Shown here: piece by piece, positions 60,834 to 64,000 of the stretch
Position numbering within the stretch: the first letter of the stretch is position 1
Layout of the letters: every line of letters starts with the position of its first letter
Virus record (IMG/VR): IMGVR_UViG_3300016486_001578
From: a virus
Lineage: Duplodnaviria > Caudoviricetes
DNA: 64,000 nucleotides
Strand: one strand, 5' to 3'
Notes under the pieces: model-generated
Databases searched by the model: none
What the model was told of the DNA's origin: nothing
The model's input: the letters and a program-made list of their open reading frames with translations, nothing else
Program-made: the position numbers and the translations under genes

Positions 60834-61104
60834 TTTAAATATTATCTGGTTTTATATTGTATGATTTTTGAATTTCTGGGTATAATCCCTTATATGAGAA
60901 CCTTTGGTCAAGATGTTGTGTTATTTTTAGACCACGAACTCGTATACTAACTAAGCAAATTACTCTATATAGTTCATCATCATTTATATCCCAATGATAA
61001 ACAAGGTCTTGTGCTAGTTCTATACCAGCTATCTCCCAGGTATTCCAGATGGTATGGATTTTCTAATCAGAATTAAAGTTTTCAAATATTTTTAGGTGTT
61101 TCAT
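60834..61104 (-). pseudogene. disrupted gene starting with the LRR-gene 5' cassette
   Basis: MKHLKIFENFNSD*KIH, TAG at 61063-65. Confidence 0.5.
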
Positions 61105-61105
61105 T

Positions 61106-61372
61106 TCATTTATTCTTAGATTTCTCTTTCTTTTTCTCTTCTCTACGAATTCTAGAAATCTCCTTTATGAATTCTTTTATTTCGGAATCACAATCTGGTG
61201 TTGGTAAAAATCCATAACCACGCAATCTACTATACCACTTAATCTGGCCTATTGTATTTCCATCCTTAACAACATTATATACATCTGTCTTAGCTCCCTT
61301 TTTTCTAGGAAGTTTATTAAATTTTACATTTGATTTTTTCTCAAATATCTTATATGTTGTTAAATAGTTCAT
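61106..61372 (-). CDS. basic hypothetical protein
   Basis: 88-aa ORF. Confidence 0.6.
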   Translation of the reverse strand: MNYLTTYKIFEKKSNVKFNKLPRKKGAKTDVYNVVKDGNTIGQIKWYSRLRGYGFLPTPDCDSEIKEFIKEISRIRREEKKKEKSKNK

Positions 61373-61377
61373 AATAT

Positions 61378-62082
61378 TTATTTTTCACCAATGAATATAA
61401 AATGATCCAAAGATTCTCCTTTAAATTTAGCATTTAATAATTCACATAATATCTCTTTTAATAACTTATCTGTTATGTTACCTGATATCTCATCACCAAA
61501 TGGTTCCTTATCTACAATTTTTGATAAATCAACCGATATTTTATCAATTAATTCTATTTTCTTATTAGAAAACTCATGATATAAATAATCTAATATGTTA
61601 TCTTTTATTAGATCAATATCTTCCTTTGAAAATATTATAACATTTTTTACCTCAGACCAAGTATCTATACTAAAGGTGTGTTTTTTCGAATCAACAACTG
61701 TAACATCGCTTAAATTTGTATCAAAATAATCAGCTAATATTTTTTCCATTTTTATATCAGCTCTTTCTATGCCATTAAAACAATCTTCTAATGAAGAAAC
61801 ACCAAAATTGTTTGATTCTAATATATTAAAAGATTCGAATTTCAATATTCCATCTTTCTCCATAGATGCTCTATCATCTATTATATCACTAAGTACAACA
61901 GATATTCCATTTATATCAGATAAATTATTTCTTAATAAAAAGTTCTCGAATCTTTTTGTTCCTTTTTTTAAATATTTTTTTAACCTAGTTGGTCTTATTT
62001 TCCATTTTTCAACATAAACATCTATTAGCTCATTTAATAAGCCATAATATTTATTTAGATCTTCTCTGTTATTAATTGACAT
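61378..62082 (-). CDS. hypothetical protein
   Basis: 234 aa; internal ILKFESF motif. Confidence 0.65.
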   Translation of the reverse strand: MSINNREDLNKYYGLLNELIDVYVEKWKIRPTRLKKYLKKGTKRFENFLLRNNLSDINGISVVLSDIIDDRASMEKDGILKFESFNILESNNFGVSSLEDCFNGIERADIKMEKILADYFDTNLSDVTVVDSKKHTFSIDTWSEVKNVIIFSKEDIDLIKDNILDYLYHEFSNKKIELIDKISVDLSKIVDKEPFGDEISGNITDKLLKEILCELLNAKFKGESLDHFIFIGEK

Positions 62083-62401
62083 TATATCTATTGTTATTTT
62101 TTCCTAATGAAAACATATCTAGAAGATTTTCTGATTCTTTTTTTCTCTCATCCCTTAGTACTTCTATTTCACCTTCTTCTAACCCATCTTCTACCATAGA
62201 ATAGTACTCTGATTCACTCAACTCTTCGATTTTACTTGATTTACAAAAATTACAACCACTTAGGTTCTCATTAAATGACTTCCACAAAGCATTACAATCA
62301 TCACAACTATAAAACATAGTTAAATCATTTTGGCTAACTATCGGTATGGGTGAGTTTTTTTTACTGAAGTCAAATTCTTCAAACATTTTAATTATTTTCA
62401 T
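62072..62401 (-). CDS. zinc-ribbon protein, CTS-like N-terminus
   Basis: MKIIKMFEEF; CDDC...CNFC. Confidence 0.65.
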   Translation of the reverse strand: MKIIKMFEEFDFSKKNSPIPIVSQNDLTMFYSCDDCNALWKSFNENLSGCNFCKSSKIEELSESEYYSMVEDGLEEGEIEVLRDERKKESENLLDMFSLGKNNNRYNVN

Positions 62402-62483
62402 ATTCTTATATATTATTATAAACAAGTGTGTTATTTTAATATATAAAACATTCCAATTATGGATAAAAAAAATTAATTTTAAA

Positions 62484-62657
62484 ATGAAAAAAATGTTAAA
62501 AACAACAATTGTTGTTTTTGCTCTATCACTAGCTTTATATTCTTGTGATACAACAAGTGCTGATGAAGTAGTAGTAACAGATACAGTTGACACTACTTGT
62601 GTAGATGTTGATACTGTTTGTGTAACTACAGATTCACTAGTGGTAGATTCTTTATAG
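62484..62657 (+). CDS. small lipoprotein rich in D-(S/T)-x sequons
   Basis: Signal peptide ending LYSC; own promoter motif and terminator. Confidence 0.75.
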   Translation: MKKMLKTTIVVFALSLALYSCDTTSADEVVVTDTVDTTCVDVDTVCVTTDSLVVDSL

Positions 62658-62682
62658 TAGAGAATATTATTTACTAATAAAT

Positions 62683-62720
62683 AAAAAAGTGTTATGGTTA
62701 ATAAATCATAACACTTTTTT
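62683..62720 (+). terminator. intrinsic terminator
   Basis: AAAAAAGTGTTATGGTT...AATCATAACACTTTTTT. Confidence 0.75.
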
Positions 62721-62758
62721 ATTTTTAGGTATTATTGTAATTTAATATATAAAATACA

Positions 62759-63667
62759 ATGAATTTACACCAAACTAGAACATATTATAACAATAAACCT
62801 GTTGAATTTGTCATTAAAGAAAATTATAATCTATTAGAAGACAGAGAATATGTTCCTAGGTTCTCATTAAAGAATATTAAGGAGATAGGTAATATACCAA
62901 TAAATGAGCCAATAAAATACTCTGATGCCATAATGACAAAGGCTATAAAATATGGTATGATATTTCTTTTAAATTATAAAGGAGAAAAGGATAAGCACTT
63001 TGCTGGTCACGAAAGAGTAATATACCCAATGGTATTAGGAAGATCTTCAAAAGGAAAGACGCTATTAAGAGGTTGGCATCTAAATGGTTGGTCTGTTTCA
63101 CAAAAAAGACACATTAATAAAATATGGAGACTATTCAGAACGGATAGAATATTATCAATGACATTTACTGGTTCATTTTATAGATTGCCTCCATCAGGAT
63201 ATAAAGCTGATGATAAAGGAATGAGAGGTGGTATAATAGCCAAAGCAGATTTTAATCAAATAAGAAGAAATCAACAAAATTTAGTAAAACAAAATAAAAT
63301 ACAAAATAGAGAAGAAGTGACAATGGGTGATGATAACCGAAAGTTCGCAACTATTAAAATAAAAGAAACCGATACTAAGATAGATTTGACAAAACCATTA
63401 GATAATTCATATTTTGGCAACTCAAAAGACCTAGCTTCTGTCAGAATATCATTCTGTAAGAGTGTTTATGGTACAAAATATGTTGCTATATTAGGAGCTA
63501 TGGGTCAACCAGGAAATACAATAAAAATATTAAACGAAAAAGGTGATAACCTGGGAGTATATAAGGTGTTGGATTCCACCACAGGAAATGTGTTAAAAAA
63601 TATAAAATCAGTTAAGGGAAATAAAATATATGACCTTTATGTGTTTGATGAAAAAATTCAGTTTTAA
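62759..63667 (+). CDS. WYL-like domain protein
   Basis: YKG...ERVIYPMVLG...LLRGW...WRLFRTDRI. Confidence 0.65.
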   Translation: MNLHQTRTYYNNKPVEFVIKENYNLLEDREYVPRFSLKNIKEIGNIPINEPIKYSDAIMTKAIKYGMIFLLNYKGEKDKHFAGHERVIYPMVLGRSSKGKTLLRGWHLNGWSVSQKRHINKIWRLFRTDRILSMTFTGSFYRLPPSGYKADDKGMRGGIIAKADFNQIRRNQQNLVKQNKIQNREEVTMGDDNRKFATIKIKETDTKIDLTKPLDNSYFGNSKDLASVRISFCKSVYGTKYVAILGAMGQPGNTIKILNEKGDNLGVYKVLDSTTGNVLKNIKSVKGNKIYDLYVFDEKIQF

Positions 63668-63684
63668 AAATTAATAAATAGTTT

Positions 63685-64000
63685 ATGCTTAAATATATTA
63701 AATCGATAAGAGAGGAGCTCAGGATATCAGAAACCGATGAAAAGACATTGGAGATGATGAAAAAAAACCTACTTTTTAGATTAAGTGAATATAAAGGGTC
63801 TATATTAGACAATATACACTATAACCTAAAAACGAATAAAGTAGAATATAAACACTTTAACAAGCTTGATCTAAAAGTTATGTTTAGAGAGCTATATAAT
63901 GAATTAACAGAAGATTTTGTTAAAGACTTAAATATAGAAACCTTTCTTAGAAAAGTCAATCAAGTCATGTTACTGCAAAAAAGAAACACCAAAAGTAAAG
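63685..64000 (+). CDS. hypothetical protein, partial at window edge
   Basis: MLKYIKSIREEL, open to the end. Confidence 0.55.
   Translation, partial: MLKYIKSIREELRISETDEKTLEMMKKNLLFRLSEYKGSILDNIHYNLKTNKVEYKHFNKLDLKVMFRELYNELTEDFVKDLNIETFLRKVNQVMLLQKRNTKSK

Noticed and set aside
61063-61065. Genome-wide stop-codon reassignment (TAG or TAA)
   Set aside because: Long genes are open in code 11, TAG ends several well-delimited genes, and no suppressor tRNA is seen.

Overview
A 64 kb segment of a very AT-rich, large T4-superfamily-like (jumbo) phage. The host is probably Bacteroidota: there are TTTG-N19/20-TAnnTTTG promoters and no obvious Shine-Dalgarno sites. It encodes a gp61-like primase and a UvsW-like helicase broken into three genes. 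One break is a canonical split intein; the other carries a non-splicing, intein-like tail/head pair, and each break holds a free-standing endonuclease. Also present: a baseplate/tail-lysin cluster interrupted by a compositionally foreign ~1.3 kb block; host-like genes (ClpP, SlyD-type PPIase, RNase HI, rhomboid, RNA ligase, NADAR, DNA MTase); and two tRNA loci. Most striking, both tRNA loci lie behind promoter, ~30-codon leader peptide, antiterminator and terminator. At the large cluster, the first 22 leader codons use exactly the eight amino acids whose tRNAs lie downstream, suggesting a ribosome-stalling attenuator that induces replacement tRNAs. Over 20 proteins share a T4 capsid-targeting-like N-terminal motif, usually with a TTAATATATA upstream motif. 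Several genes have single-base frameshifts or stops that may be sequencing errors. All family calls are from motif recognition by eye; no searches were run.
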